Source of the DNA: the human T2T-CHM13v2.0 reference genome, Homo sapiens
Assembly: GCF_009914755.1 (NCBI RefSeq)
Contig: NC_060938.1
DNA length: 64,000 nucleotides
Direction: 5' to 3' (one strand)
The notes under the pieces are model-generated. The model was given only the letters and a program-made list of their open reading frames with translations. It did not search any database and was not told the origin of the DNA. Positions 31,752-49,977 of this stretch are shown in pieces. The position numbers and the translations under genes are program-made. Position 1 is the stretch's first letter. Every line of letters starts with the position of its first letter.

Positions 31752-33050
31752 ATTTTTATCAAGGTACCAAATCAGCCTATTTGAAAAAGAAAAATATTTT
31801 CAGCAAGCAGTGCTGGAATAGCTGGGTATCAGAAAAAGAGCCTTGACCCTTCCCTCACACCATGCTAAAAAATGAGTCAAAATGGCTTATAGACCTCAAC
31901 AAGACAGCTAACACTTTAAAGCTGTCAAAGAAACCATAGGAAAATGCCTTTATTGCCTTGAGGTAGGGAGGATTTGAAAGAAGACACAAGTAGCTGTAAC
32001 TATAAAGAAAATATTGATCAATTTTACTTGAACAAAATTAAAAGTGAAAGCTCATCAAAAGCCAACATTAAGAAAATAAATTGGCAAGGTATAACCTGGG
32101 AGTAAATATTTGTAATTCATTTATAAAACAGTGGACTTGTACTAAATGCATATTTAATCATGTATAAATTGATAATAAAAAGATACGCAAACAAAGAAAA
32201 TGAGCAAAAGACTGGAACAGAACTTCAAAATCATCCAATGACAACCTGAAAAGATTCATTATCAATTGTGATCAGGAAAACATAAATTTAAATATGCTAC
32301 TACATCACATGCACTATGGTGTCTGAAATTAAAAAGACAGACAACAGCAAACATTGGTAAGGATATGGAGCAACTGAAACTCATCCATTGCTAATGGGAG
32401 TGTGAAATAGTACAACCAGTTTTGAAAACTGCTTTGTACTTTCTTAGGCAGTTGAACGTAGGTCTACCCTGTGACTTAGCAATTCCATTTCTAGGTCTTT
32501 ACCTTGGAAAAATGAAAATATAGATATGCTGTAAGACATTTAAAGGATGTTTGTAGGAGCTGATTTATAATATTCAACTATTGAAAATGATGTGAAAGTC
32601 ATTTTATCAAAAGGAAAATGGATATACAAATTGTGGTATATGCATAAAATGGAATACTATTTAGCATGAAAATGGAATACTATTTAGCATAAAAAGCATG
32701 AACTGCTCTCACAGTCTCTCACACACACAAACATAGATGAATCTGTAATACATATGTTGAATTGAAGTCAGACAAAGGATTCCAGACCTAAAAGTTTCAT
32801 TGTTTTTTATGAAGTTCAAGAAGAGATGAAATAACCCATGCTATTACAAATCAGAATAGTAGTAGCCTGTGGAGATTGGTGCAGACTGGCTTAAGAGCGG
32901 GTACCAAGATATTTTCTGGTAGAAATAGTCTACATCTTAATTAGGGTGGTAGTAACAGAGATTTATAAATTTGTCAAAAGCCAATCAATTCTACACTTAA
33001 AATGTGTGCATTTTACTCTATGTAATCTTACCTGAAATAAAACCCCTATA
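31752..33050 (+). mobile_element. Old L1M ORF2 C-terminus and 3' UTR, sense orientation (second part)
   Basis: aaattgtggtatatgcataaaatggaatactatttagc..., ending near aataaa at ~33036. Confidence 0.75.
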
Positions 33051-33224
33051 AAATAATAATTTGGCTTATAAGGTATGGTTAAAATTTCAGCAGTTCCCTG
33101 TTTAATACATTTTTTCTTTACTCCTGCATCTTCTTTCCTCTGGTTTGTGTGCTTTCTTTTTCCTGTGTGAAATCTTGGTGTCTTACTACTTTGTCTTTCC
33201 TTAATTTGGCCTCCCTTGCTTTAC

Positions 33225-34208
33225 TGTATTGCTGCTGTGATGTAGTTGGTCCTGACCCTAGGTTAATGTGTGTGTTTTTGTCTTTGTTTAAAAAAAAGCT
33301 TAAATAGCAAAAATAAAAATTTGAAGACTAGAAAAAGCTTATAGAAAGAAGATACAAAGAAAGAAAAGATTTTTGTACATTTGTACAATGTGTTTATGTT
33401 TTAAGCTGCTTATTACAATAGTCAAATAGTTAAAACAAATTAAAAGTTTATGAAGTAAAAAAGTTACAGTAGGCCAGGCACAGTGGCTTACTCCTGTAAT
33501 CCTAGCACTTTGGGAGGCCAAGTCGGACGATCCCTTGCATCCAGGAGTTCAAGACCAGCCTGGGCAACATAGTGAGACCCCTTCTCTACAAAAAATGCAG
33601 AAATTAGTTGGATGTGGTGGTGCGTGCCTGTAGTTCCAGCTCCTGCCTCGGGAGGAGCTTGAGCCAAGGAGATTGAGGCTGCAGTGAGCTATGATCATGC
33701 CACCACACTCAGCCTTGGTGACAGAGACCCTGTCTCAAAAAAAAAAAAAAAGTTACAGTAAACTAAGATTAATTTTTTATTGAAGCAGAAACATATTTTT
33801 TATAAATTTAGTGTAGCCTAAGTGTACAATTTTTATAAAATCTATAGTAGTGTACAAAAATGTCCTAGGCCTTCACATTCACTTACTCACTCACCCAGAG
33901 TAACTTCCAGTGCTATAAGCTCCATTCATGGTAAGTGCCCTGTACAGGTATACCATTTTTTATCTGTTATACCATATTTTCATACCTTTTCTATGTTTAG
34001 ATGCACAAATACTTAACATCGTGTTACACTTGCCTACAGTATTCAGTACACTAACATGCTGTCCAGGTAGCTATACCATATAGCCTAGATGTGCAGTAGG
34101 CTATACCATCTAGGTTTGTATAAGTACATGCCATGTTTGCACAACAACAAAATAGCCTAATTATGCATTTCTCATAATGTATCTCCATTGTTAAGCAATG
34201 TATTCCTG
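33225..34208. mobile_element. Tigger3/MER7-type DNA transposon interrupted by an AluJ
   Basis: Terminal gcatttctcataatgtatctccattgttaagcaatgtattcctg+ta resembles the Tigger3 TIR; typical internal sequence. Confidence 0.8.
33472..33745 (+). mobile_element. AluJ
   Basis: TSD aaaaaagttacagta on both sides. Confidence 0.92.
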
Positions 34209-34211
34209 TAT

Positions 34212-34370
34212 CGTGAGTATTAACCAAAATGTGACACAGACACACCCAATGAGCACATGCTATTGGAAAAATGGCATCAATGGATTTGCTTGACACGGGG
34301 TTGCCACAAACCTTCAATATGTAGAAAACATATCTGTAAAATGTAATAAAATGAAGCTACAGTATGCCTA
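34212..34370 (-). mobile_element. Tigger1 terminal fragment
   Basis: Reverse complement matches the recalled Tigger1 start (...TTGAAGGTTTGTGGCAACCC...CCATTTTTCCAATAGCATGTGCTCA...GTCACATTTTGG). Confidence 0.8.
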
Positions 34371-34643
34371 TAGCTATTTTTTTGTTTTATATTTCTAAAA
34401 AGAGCGTTCTGATTTTAGCAAGTATGCTAGCCTTAGAATGTGAAATTAAAAGGTGAGAAATATTTGCTTAGGCTGTTTTCATTAGTTTACCATAGACATT
34501 GTTAGGAATGAAGGAACTGGGTTAAAAGGTAATAATGCTGTATATCAGCTAGTTCCTTTTTTATCTTTGTTAAGTATTTCCTTGTATCAGACCTAAGTAT
34601 TACTTAAAAAATATCTGTATCTCTGTTTGTTCAAAGTTCTAAT

Positions 34644-34788
34644 ATTATTTTTTAAATTTTTTTTATAAGTTTAGATGGGGTCTCACTGTGTTGCCCAAGC
34701 TGGTTTTGGATACCTGGCCTCACGTGATCCCTCCTGCCTCAACCTCCCAAAATGCTGGGACTATAGGCGTGAGCCAACATCTCTAGCC
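34644..34788 (-). mobile_element. FLAM/Alu monomer
   Basis: Single arm; perfect TSD caaagttctaat at 34632-34643 and 34789-34800. Confidence 0.88.
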
Positions 34789-34902
34789 CAAAGTTCTAAT
34801 TTTAAAATATCATTAACTTTTTCTGTAGTTCTAGCTGTTTGAGTTCCTTTTGCTATTGTACATGTATACATACAGTAAAAATTTGTTGACAACTGATTTA
34901 TA

Positions 34903-35105
34903 CTGCTTGAATTTGAATCCTGCTTATTAGCTACTTGACTTTAGAGGAGTTATTTATTATTCTTTGCTTTTGATTTTTTTCTCTTCAAAATGGTATAATA
35001 ATATCTAACTCATAAGGCACACATCAAGATTAAATAATTTAATACATATATTTGGAACAGGGCCTGGTGCACACTTATTTCTCACCAAGAGTTGATTGAC
35101 TATCA
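34903..35105 (+). mobile_element. MIR
   Basis: MIR core ttgaatcctgc...aaaatggtataataatatctaactcataagg. Confidence 0.65.
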
Positions 35106-35122
35106 TAAATAATATGCATGTT

Positions 35123-35738
<616 letters not shown>

Positions 35739-37794
35739 GCAATTCACAATTTTTTAAATGAATAGCTTTTTATGAATACAGTTAACATAATAATCTTAGA
35801 TAGTATTACGAAGAATGATAATAGCACAGCTTACTAAATAAATAGCTATACATCTTGGTATCTTTAATAATTTTAAGTTCACTCATTTTTCTTTGTGACT
35901 TAAAATGTTCCTTCAAATTAGTCTTTTATGGATAATTTAATAGTTTAAAATATGAATATAAATTACTATATTTGTTATTAAATCTCTAGTTATTTATTTT
36001 AATATAGTATTTTAGGATTGTTTATATGTAGTTAAAATATATATTTATATATATGTATAAATATATAGAAACATGTCATTGCATGGCATATATTGCCTGG
36101 TGGGTGCTGATATGTTGCCTAATGGATGCTCAATAATTATTTATTGAATAAATTAGTTATGTTATATATAAAGTATAAATATACACACATACATATCAGC
36201 TGTAGTGTATGTGGTTTCAGAGATTCATCCACTTAATTTTTGGTATTTGTAAACCTCTTATTCTTGTATAAGTATTCATCTAAATTAAATTGTTGATATT
36301 TTGCCAGAGTTTGAAGAAACAAGTTACCTTTTCAAGTTTAAAAAAACTCTTTATTCCAAGTTATTGTAATGTGGAAAAAGCATTGTAATTATTATTTCTA
36401 CATCTAAAATGGAGTGATTTTTAAAAACTCTTCTAAATGAAAAGGAATAAAAACTTCTATAGTCGTAAGTACTTTCAAACATCTGCAGTTCAGTGTACAT
36501 AATTCACATTGACACCAAAGTTTGGTTTCTGTTTTGACTGGAAAAGTCTAATATTATTTTTGTCTGCAAAGGAAAGAGTTGTATCACATCCAAGTGGGAA
36601 GATGTTTGATTATAATATAATCAAGATGATTTGTGACTCAAAGCAGATTGTGCAGGAGGAAAACCAGCAGCTATTAAAAACTTAGACGATGTTATGGAAC
36701 TTTTTTGTTAGGAACTTAAGGCATGTTTATCTTTCAGAAAGTAAAGAACATAGAACAGAATCATTACGATTTTCTGCATGATATAATTCTTCAGAATTCA
36801 TATGATCAATAAAAGGAAATTGCAGATCATATAGTAAATATTGGCTAAATTTATTTTCTAAAAATTTGTCATGGATTTTATTAGTTCACTAGCATTGTAG
36901 AATTAGTTTCTGTTTGTTTTCAGTGACAAATTCCTTCTTAACAGTGAGCTTAGAGAGCTGGTATCATGAATCCTTACGGTATTTTCAGCCTGCTGCAATG
37001 TTCCATCTTTTTAAAATATATGTCTCCCATTCATTTACTCCTATTATTTTGAAGGAAATCCAGACATAACATTCTTTTCATCTATAGCTTTTATAGTGTA
37101 TCTCAGAAATATATAGACTCTTGTTTAAAGCATAACTACAGTATCATTATCACACCAAAAGGAGTAACAATAAATCTATAATATTGTGAAGCATCCAGTT
37201 TAATTTTCAAATTCCAATACCTCATAAATATTATAATTTCACCTCTTTCTTTTGAATCTATAAATAAGAATCACACATTGCAAATGATCAAATTGACTCT
37301 TAACTGTCTTTTAATTTATAGATTCCCCTTCATCTTTTTTATTCCCCTGGAATTTATTTTTTAAATAAATTAAAAATAAAATAAAGTCAGTTTTCTTTTC
37401 GAGTTTTCCAGTTTTTTCATTGCATCTCTGTAGTATCATTTAATATGTTCCTTTGTTTTCTTTTTTTCCATATATATACTTTTTTTTCCGAGTATCCAAA
37501 TATGGATACTTGACCTAGAGACTTAACGAGATTTAGATTTGTTTTTATTAGCAAAACTACTTTATAGGTGGTTTTGTGTTCTTTCATGTGGAAGCACATG
37601 TCAAGTTGTGTTTCTTTCTATGTTGTTAGCAAATCTCAATGCCTAGATCTGTTACTATACTAATAATTTCAAAATTGTGATATTCTAAAGATAACATTCC
37701 TGTTATCTTTATTAGTTAGAATATTTCTCTAAAGAGAGCTATCTTCTTATCTATTGTTTGATTAACCATTGGTAAAATTTATATATAAAGAGTG

Positions 37795-38078
37795 AGCCAG
37801 GTATGTTGGCTCACACCTGTAATCCCAGCACTTAGGGACGCCCAGGCAGGAAGACTGCTTGAGGCTAGTAGTTCGAGAACCAGCTGGGGCAACATTACAA
37901 GTCCTCATCTCGACAAAATTTTTAAAAATACCCGGGCATGGCGGTGTGCTCCTGTGGTCCTAGCTATTCCAGAGGCTGAAACAAGAGGATCGCTTGAGCC
38001 CAGGAGTACGAGGCTGCAGTAAGCTGCGACTCCAGCCTGGGTGATAGAGGGAGACTCTTATCAAAAAAAAAAAAAAAA
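37795..38078 (+). mobile_element. AluJ
   Basis: Diverged dimer with A tail. Confidence 0.9.
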
Positions 38079-38146
38079 TAGTGGACAATACTTAAATAAT
38101 TGGTTTACCAATATCCTCCAACATTAACAATTTGATTTTTAGTTTT

Positions 38147-38449
38147 TTATTTTATTTTTTTGAGGCAGGGTCTTGCTTTGTCACCAAGGCTGGAGTACAG
38201 TCATACAGACTGGAGTGCAGCTCACTGCAGCCTTGACCTCCTGGATGCAAGCAATACTTCCATCTCAGCCTTCTGAGTAGTTGGGCCTGCAGGTGCACGC
38301 CACAAGTCTGGCTAATATTTTTTCATTTTTTGTAGAGACAAAGTCTCGCTACATTGCCCAGGCCGGTCTTGACTCCTGGACTTAAGTGATCTTCCTGCCT
38401 TTGCCTCCCAAAGTTCTGGGATTACAGGCAAGAACCGTTGTGCATGGCC
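38147..38449 (-). mobile_element. AluJ
   Basis: Diverged dimer. Confidence 0.9.
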
Positions 38450-39092
38450 AAGTTTTTAAAATTTTTAAATTGTCATTATACACTCAATAATTTTATTTGT
38501 TCAGTGCACTTCAGTTACTATCAGTTATTGATACTGAAATTGTATTTTCTTTAGATAGCAGGGAACTTTTTCAAGTTGGCCTCTGAGTTTTTTCTAAGTC
38601 TCTTCAATAGTTTCTTGGTATCTGCTATGACTAAATGTTCCCAGATCATTCTGTACACTCTTGTTCCAGATCTGGAATCAGCCAAACATCCATGGAGTTC
38701 TTTATTTTCAGTAGGTAATGATACTTGGAGCCCATATTCCAGGTGCTAGGGGTCCTCATTGCTACTGAATTTCCTGTTGTTTTTAGTCTGTTTCAGTGGG
38801 CAGAACTAGGAAGTACATACACATAAACACTCGTATTTTTTAAAAATAAAACTTATGTGTGTTCATACTGATATTTCAAATTCTGAACTGCAGAATTTTT
38901 ACTTAACGTATCTTACATGTGTATCTTTTGTCTCCTATGGTGAGAATCTTAGTTCTTCAGAATACTATCATATATACAATTGGCATTTACTTAAAATACA
39001 TTACTTGATTTAGGGACACATATCTTCTCTAGCATTTGTCCTGTCTCTTTTTATTTGTCAAAGTAGGGGAGATCATTAAAATACCTGAATGT

Positions 39093-39386
39093 GGATGAGC
39101 ACGATGGCTCACACCTGTAATCCCAGCACTTTGGGAGGCTGAGGCAGACAGATCAATTGAGGTCAGAAGTTCAAGACCAGCCTGACCAACATAGTGAAAC
39201 CCCGTCTCTACAAAAATACAAAGATTAGCCAGGTGTGGTAGTGCACACCTGTAATCCCAGCTACTCAGGGAGCTGAGGCAGGAGAATTGCTTGAACCCAG
39301 GAGGCGAAGGTTATAGTGAGCTGAGATCGTGCCAATGCACTGCAGCCTGGGTGACACAGTGAGACTCCGTCTCAAAAAAATAAAAA
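39093..39386 (+). mobile_element. Alu (AluS-type)
   Basis: TSD aaaata(c/a)ctgaa. Confidence 0.93.
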
Positions 39387-40199
39387 AATAACTGAAGGTG
39401 TGGTCCTTTCAGATACTTGCCACTTTGGGTATTCCTGGGCCTTACCTTCTATTCCTTTTATACTGGTAGCCATGGAAATAACCCAAATATGCAAATATGG
39501 ATAAATACCCTCAGTGTAAAACAGCTTTATTATTTTTATATTATGCTTATCTCTTTATTTACAATTTTTCATGTAAAAATTGGCCTGAAAGTCCCCCTGC
39601 CAACACAAACATACACACACAGCCTTTCTAGAAAAGTTGAAGAAAGAGAAAGACCATGAGGATTAAAAATTGAGAGGAAACATGAAGAGCTATAGACATA
39701 CTGGGTAAATAGTGATATAAGAGCAGATATTGATCCCAAGGGCTAGGAACTTTGATTTTTATTACTGTTAGAAGGAGTGATGATATGGCCATGCGAGGTG
39801 AGAACTGAGTGGAGAACCTTGAATATAGCCAGACCATAGAAAGAATACCTCTTCAGCGAAAGGAACTCTAGAAAAAAAATAGACAACTTACTGGTTCAGA
39901 GAAGTGATAATGAAGCTTGTCTCTGGCCAAGACATAGCAAAGGGGGAAAAATTATCCTGAGAAATTAAAGAGCCACACCTGCTTCATATGGGAGTATAGT
40001 GAACACATTACATAACTGTCATGGTGAGAAGCCACAAAGTCATTAAGATGTAAACCTGACCTAGATTAATAAAACTTTAGGTCGTCCAGCAGCAAGAGAT
40101 ACAAAACCAATCTGGCAATTCATCTACACACACAAGTTAATACCGAAAAAGGAATGTCTACTAAAGATGGGCAAAGTGAAAATGTATATGCCACATAAA

Positions 40200-40920
40200 A
40201 AATCCACCATGAAAAATAATTAAAAGGATTATACTACCAACAAAGTGAGATAACAGCAAAATATGAAAGCATATACCATATATACATGTAAACAGAGAAA
40301 CCATTGAATAGGCATATAAAAAAGGATCACTGTGAAAAAAAGACGGACAGAATTGAAAAAGCATACAAGAAGAAAGAAATGAAAACTATAATCACTGAAA
40401 TTAAAAAATATGTGAATAAATGAAGAGTAGATACGGCTGAAGATAGAATCAAGAATCTTGAATCACTAATGATAGATGCTCAGAATTCACACGTAGAGAT
40501 TGAAAATAGATTAAAAGTGATTAAATTAAAAATGAGTTGTAGATCTAATATGGCCAATATGAGTTTCAAAATGGGAGCAAGATAATATTCCAAGAGATGA
40601 TAGCTGTGGATTTTCCATCTTTAACAAGCACAAAGAGTATGAAGAAGTTAAAAGTAAGTCCACTCCTAGAGATATTGTTGTAGAACTGTAGAACATCAAA
40701 GTTAACCTATGGAAGACGTTAAAGCAACCATTGAGAAAAAACATATCAACCTACAAAGGAATTACTGTGAAACTCATAGTGACTTTATGTTAACAACAAT
40801 CAATGCCAGACTAAAATGGGATAATATCTTCAAAGTGCCAAAGAAGTACCATTTATCATAGCAGTTCTATCCAGTAAAGAGTGTGAGAACAAAAGAATCG
40901 CATTTTCAAAGACCGGATGT
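40200..40920 (+). mobile_element. Ancient L1/HAL1-like ORF1 remnant
   Basis: Degenerate ORF1-like sequence (cactcctagagatattgttgtagaactg..., acctacaaaggaa..., tgggataatatcttcaaagtgc). Confidence 0.55.
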
Positions 40921-40938
40921 CTCAGTAAAATAACTTTT

Positions 40939-41295
40939 TTTTCTTCGTTAATAAAACTTTTTCTTTTATTTTAGATTCATGGGGTACATGTGCAGGTTTG
41001 TTACATGGGTATACTGCGTGATACTGAGGTTTGGGGTATAATTGATCCCATCGCCCAGTTAGGGAGCACAGTACCCAACAGGTAGTTTTATAGCTCATTC
41101 GCCTTTCTGGCTCTTCCCCCTCTGGTAGTCCCTAGTGTCTTGTTATTCCCATCTTTACGTCCATGCATACCCAATGTTTAGCCCCCTACTGATAAGTGAG
41201 AATATGTGGTATTTGGTTTTCTGTTTTTGCATTAATTTGCATAGGATAATAGCCAACAGCTGCATACATGTTGCTGTAAAGGACATGATTTCCTC
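40939..41295 (-). mobile_element. 5'-truncated older L1PA/L1PB 3' end
   Basis: ggggtacatgtgcaggtttgttacatggg...; TSD taaa(a/t)taactttt at 40926-40938 and 41296-41308. Confidence 0.85.
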
Positions 41296-41724
41296 TAAAT
41301 TAACTTTTAAAAACTGTACCTCTGAAAAAAAGCGTTCAGCCTGGAAGGAAAACTAGATGGTTTGATAAAGGATTTCTACTGATTATTCTAGAAATAGATT
41401 ATATATATGGTCCCAGAGAATAAAATGATGTGATGATCAATTAGGACTCATCACAGTAATCAAATGATTGTTATACATTAGAAAATTAAGATAATTCACC
41501 ATATTAATGCAACACATTTGGAAAAAGCATGCAATAAAATTAAACACACTAGTATTAATATTACAGAAGGGGAGTGGGACAGGTCAGCAAACTAGGAATA
41601 AAAAATAATGTCCCTAATGTGATCAGAATACCAACAAAAATGCCTCTTAATGGTTATATATTATAACCATTATATATTATATATTAAGGTCAGAAACAAG
41701 AGAAGGATGACTACCACTAAAAGG

Positions 41725-42935
<1,211 letters not shown>

Positions 42936-43119
42936 AAATGCACTTCAGAATAGACGTTCCTTGGAGGAGAAAAGAATGGTGATATTTAAGCAGGGATAAA
43001 TTAGTTACATAGTTCTAATATTTTTTTTTAAATCTGAATTATTAAAGATTAATTTACATTTGGTAAACATTGGTGATAAGTATAACAGTTTGTATTATTT
43101 CCTGTCTCTTTCTGTATTC

Positions 43120-43421
43120 TTTTTCCTCTTTTCAGAAACAGGGTCTCACTCTGTCGACTAAGCTGGAATGCCATGGCAAGAGCATAACTCACTGTAGCCT
43201 TAAATTCCTGAACTCAAGTAATCCTCCCACTTCAGCCTCCGTAATGGCTGGGACTACAGGTGAAAGATTCCATGCCTGACAAATTCTTTAATTTTTATTT
43301 TTGTGGAGGTGTGGTGTCTTGGAAGGTTCCCTGGTTGGTCTTGCACTCCTGGCCTCAAGTGGTTCTCCTGCCTCAAACCCCAAAGTGCTGGGGTTACAGG
43401 CATGTGCCACTGTGCCCAGCC
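43120..43421 (-). mobile_element. AluJ, diverged
   Basis: Degenerate dimer. Confidence 0.85.
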
Positions 43422-44169
43422 CATTCTGCTTTTTCTTTTCTTTTCTTTTTCTTTCTTTCCTATTTTTTTTTTACTTTATGTATTTAACAATTTTTTTTAA
43501 TTTTTAATTTTTGTGGGTACATAGTAGGTGTATATATTTGTAAGGTACATGAAGTGTTTTGATATAGGCATGCAACAATCTTGGGGTATCCATCCCTTCA
43601 AGCATTTATCCATTGTGTTACAAACAATCAGTTATATTCTTTTAGTTATTTTTAAATGTACAAGTTATCATTGATTATAGTTACCCTATTTTACTGTCAA
43701 ATATTAGGTCTTATTCATTCTTCCTAACTCTTTTTTTGTACCTATTAACCATCCCACTTCCCTCCAGCCCTCAACTACCCTTCCCGGCTTCTGGTAGCCA
43801 TCCTTCTAATCCCTGTGTCCATGAGTTCAATTGTTTTGATTTTTAGATCCCACAAATAAGTGAGAACATGCGATGATCTCTTTCTGTGCTTGGATTGTTT
43901 CAGTTAACATAATGATCTCCAGTTCCATCCATGTTATTGCAAATGACAGGATCTCATTTTTTTAAATTATACTTTAAGTTCTAGGGTACATGTGCACATT
44001 GTGCAGGTTAGTTACATATGTATACATGTGCCATGCTGGTGCACTGCACCCACTAACTCATCATCTAGCATTAGGTATATCTCCCAATGCTATCCCTCCC
44101 CCCCCCCCCACCCCACAACGGTCCCCAGAGTGTGATATTCCCCTTTCTGTGTCCATGTGATCTCATTGT

Positions 44170-48007
<3,838 letters not shown>

Positions 48008-48055
48008 TTATTTTGCTCGTTAGTTGATGCAGTTTCTTCCTAGTCTTGATGGTCT

Positions 48056-49071
48056 TTACATTTTGGCATGATTTTGCAGCGGCTGGTACCGGTTTTCCTT
48101 TCCATGTTTAGCACTTCCTTCAGGAGCTCTTTTAGGGCAGGCCTGGTGGTGACAAAATCTCTCAGCATTTGCTTGTCTGTAAAGTATTTTATTTCTCCTT
48201 AGCTTATGAAGCTTAGTTTGGCTGGATATGAAATTCTGGGTTGAAAATTCTTTTCTTTAAGAATGTTGAATATTGGCCCCCACTCTCTTCTGGCTTGTAG
48301 GGTTTCTGCTGAGAGATCTGCTGTTAGTCTGATGGGCTTCCCTTTGAGGGTAACCCAACCTTTCTCTCTGGCTGCCCTTAACATTTTTTCCTTCATTTCA
48401 ACTTTGGTGAATCTGACAATTATGTGTCTTGGAGTTGCTCTTCTCGAGGAGTATCTTTGTGGCGTTCTCTGTATTTCCTGAATCTGAACGTTGGCCTGCC
48501 TTGCTAGATTAGGGAAGTTCTCCTGGATAATATCCTGCAGAGTGTTTTCCAACTTGGTTCCATTCTCCCTGTCACTTTCAGGTACACCAATGAGACGTAG
48601 ATTTGGTCTTTTCACATAGTCCCATATTTCTTGGAGGCTTTGCTCATTTCTTCTTATTCTTTTTTCTCTAAACTTCCCTTCTCGCTTCATTTCATTCATT
48701 TCATCTTCCATCGCTGATACCCTTTCTTCCAGTTGATCGCATCGGCTCCTGAGGCTTCTGCATTCTTCACGTAGTTCTCGAGCCTTGGTTTTCAGCTCCA
48801 TCAGCTGCTTTAAGCACTTCTCTGTATTGGGTATTCTAGTTATACATTCTTCTAAATTTTTTTCAAAGTTTTCAACTTCTTTGCCTTTGGTTTGAATGTC
48901 CTCCTGTAGCTCAGAGTAATTTGATCGTCTGAAGCCTTCTTCTCTCAGTTCGTCAAAGTCATTCTCCATCCAGCTTTGTTCCGTTGCTGGTGAGGAACTG
49001 TGTTCCTTTGGAGGAGGAGAGGCGCTCTGCTTTTTAGAGTTTCCAGTTTTTCTGTTCTGTTTTTTCCCCAT
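48056..49071 (-). pseudogene. L1 ORF1, premature stop after 290 aa
   Basis: MGKKQNRK...KLSFIS*; TAA replaces Glu291, and there is a further 1-nt deletion downstream. Confidence 0.92.
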
Positions 49072-49977
49072 CTTTGTGGTTTTATCTACTTTTGGTCTTT
49101 GATGATGGTGATGTACAGATGGGTTTTTGGTGTGGATGTCCTTTCTGTTTGTTAGTTTTCCTTCTAACAGACAGGACCCTCAGCTGCAGGTCTGTTGGAA
49201 TACCCTGCTGTGTGAGGTGTCAGTCTGTCCCTGCTGGGGTGTGCCTCCCAGTTAGGCTTCTCGGGGGTCAGGGGTCAGGGACCCACTTGAGGAGGCAGTC
49301 TGCCAGTTCTCAGATCTCCAGCTGCGTGCTGGGAGAACCACTGCTCTCTTCAAAGCTGTCAGACAGGGACATTTAAGTCTGCAGAGGTTACTGCTGTCTT
49401 TTTGTTTGTCTGTGCCCTGCCCCCAGAGGTGAAGCCTACAGAGGCAGGCAGGCCTCCTTGAGCTGTGGTGGGCTCCACCCAGTTCGAGCTTCCAGGCTGC
49501 TTTGTTTCCCTAAGCAAGCCTGGGCAATGGCGGGCGCCCCTCCCCCAGCCTCGCTGCCGCCTTGCAGTTTGATCTCAGACTGCTGTGCTAGCAATCAGCG
49601 AGACTCTGTGGGTGTAGGACCCTCCGAGCCAGGTGCGGGATATAATCTCATGGTGAGCTGTTTTTTAAGCCTGTCAGAAAAGCGCAGTATTCGGGTGGGA
49701 GTGACCCGATTTTCCAGGTGCCGTCCGTCACCCCTTTCTTTGACTCGGAAAGGGAACTCCCTGACCCCTTGCGCTTCCCGAGTGAGGCAATGCCTCGCCC
49801 TGCTTCGGCTCACGCACGGTGCGCGAACCCACTGACCTGCGCCCACTGTCTGGCACTCCCTAGTGAGATGAACCTGGTACCTCAGATGGAAATGCAGAAA
49901 TCACTGTCTTCCCCGTCAGCCACGCTGGGAGCTGTAGACCGGAGCTGTTTCTATTCGGCCATCTTGGCTCCTCCCCC
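49072..49977. promoter_or_regulatory. L1 5' UTR: sense promoter (minus) and antisense promoter (plus, same direction as MIPOL1)
   Basis: CpG-rich; intact YY1 site CAAGATGGCCG (~49956-49966). Bidirectional promoter activity is established for L1PA 5' UTRs; activity of this copy is untested. Confidence 0.7.
49527..49835 (+). CDS. L1 ORF0 homologue, open, 102 aa (MAGAPPPASLPPCSLISDCC...)
   Basis: gcaATGG Kozak context; N-terminus matches recalled ORF0p; no stop until 49833-49835. Expression unknown. Confidence 0.6.
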   Translation: MAGAPPPASLPPCSLISDCCASNQRDSVGVGPSEPGAGYNLMVSCFLSLSEKRSIRVGVTRFSRCRPSPLSLTRKGNSLTPCASRVRQCLALLRLTHGARTH

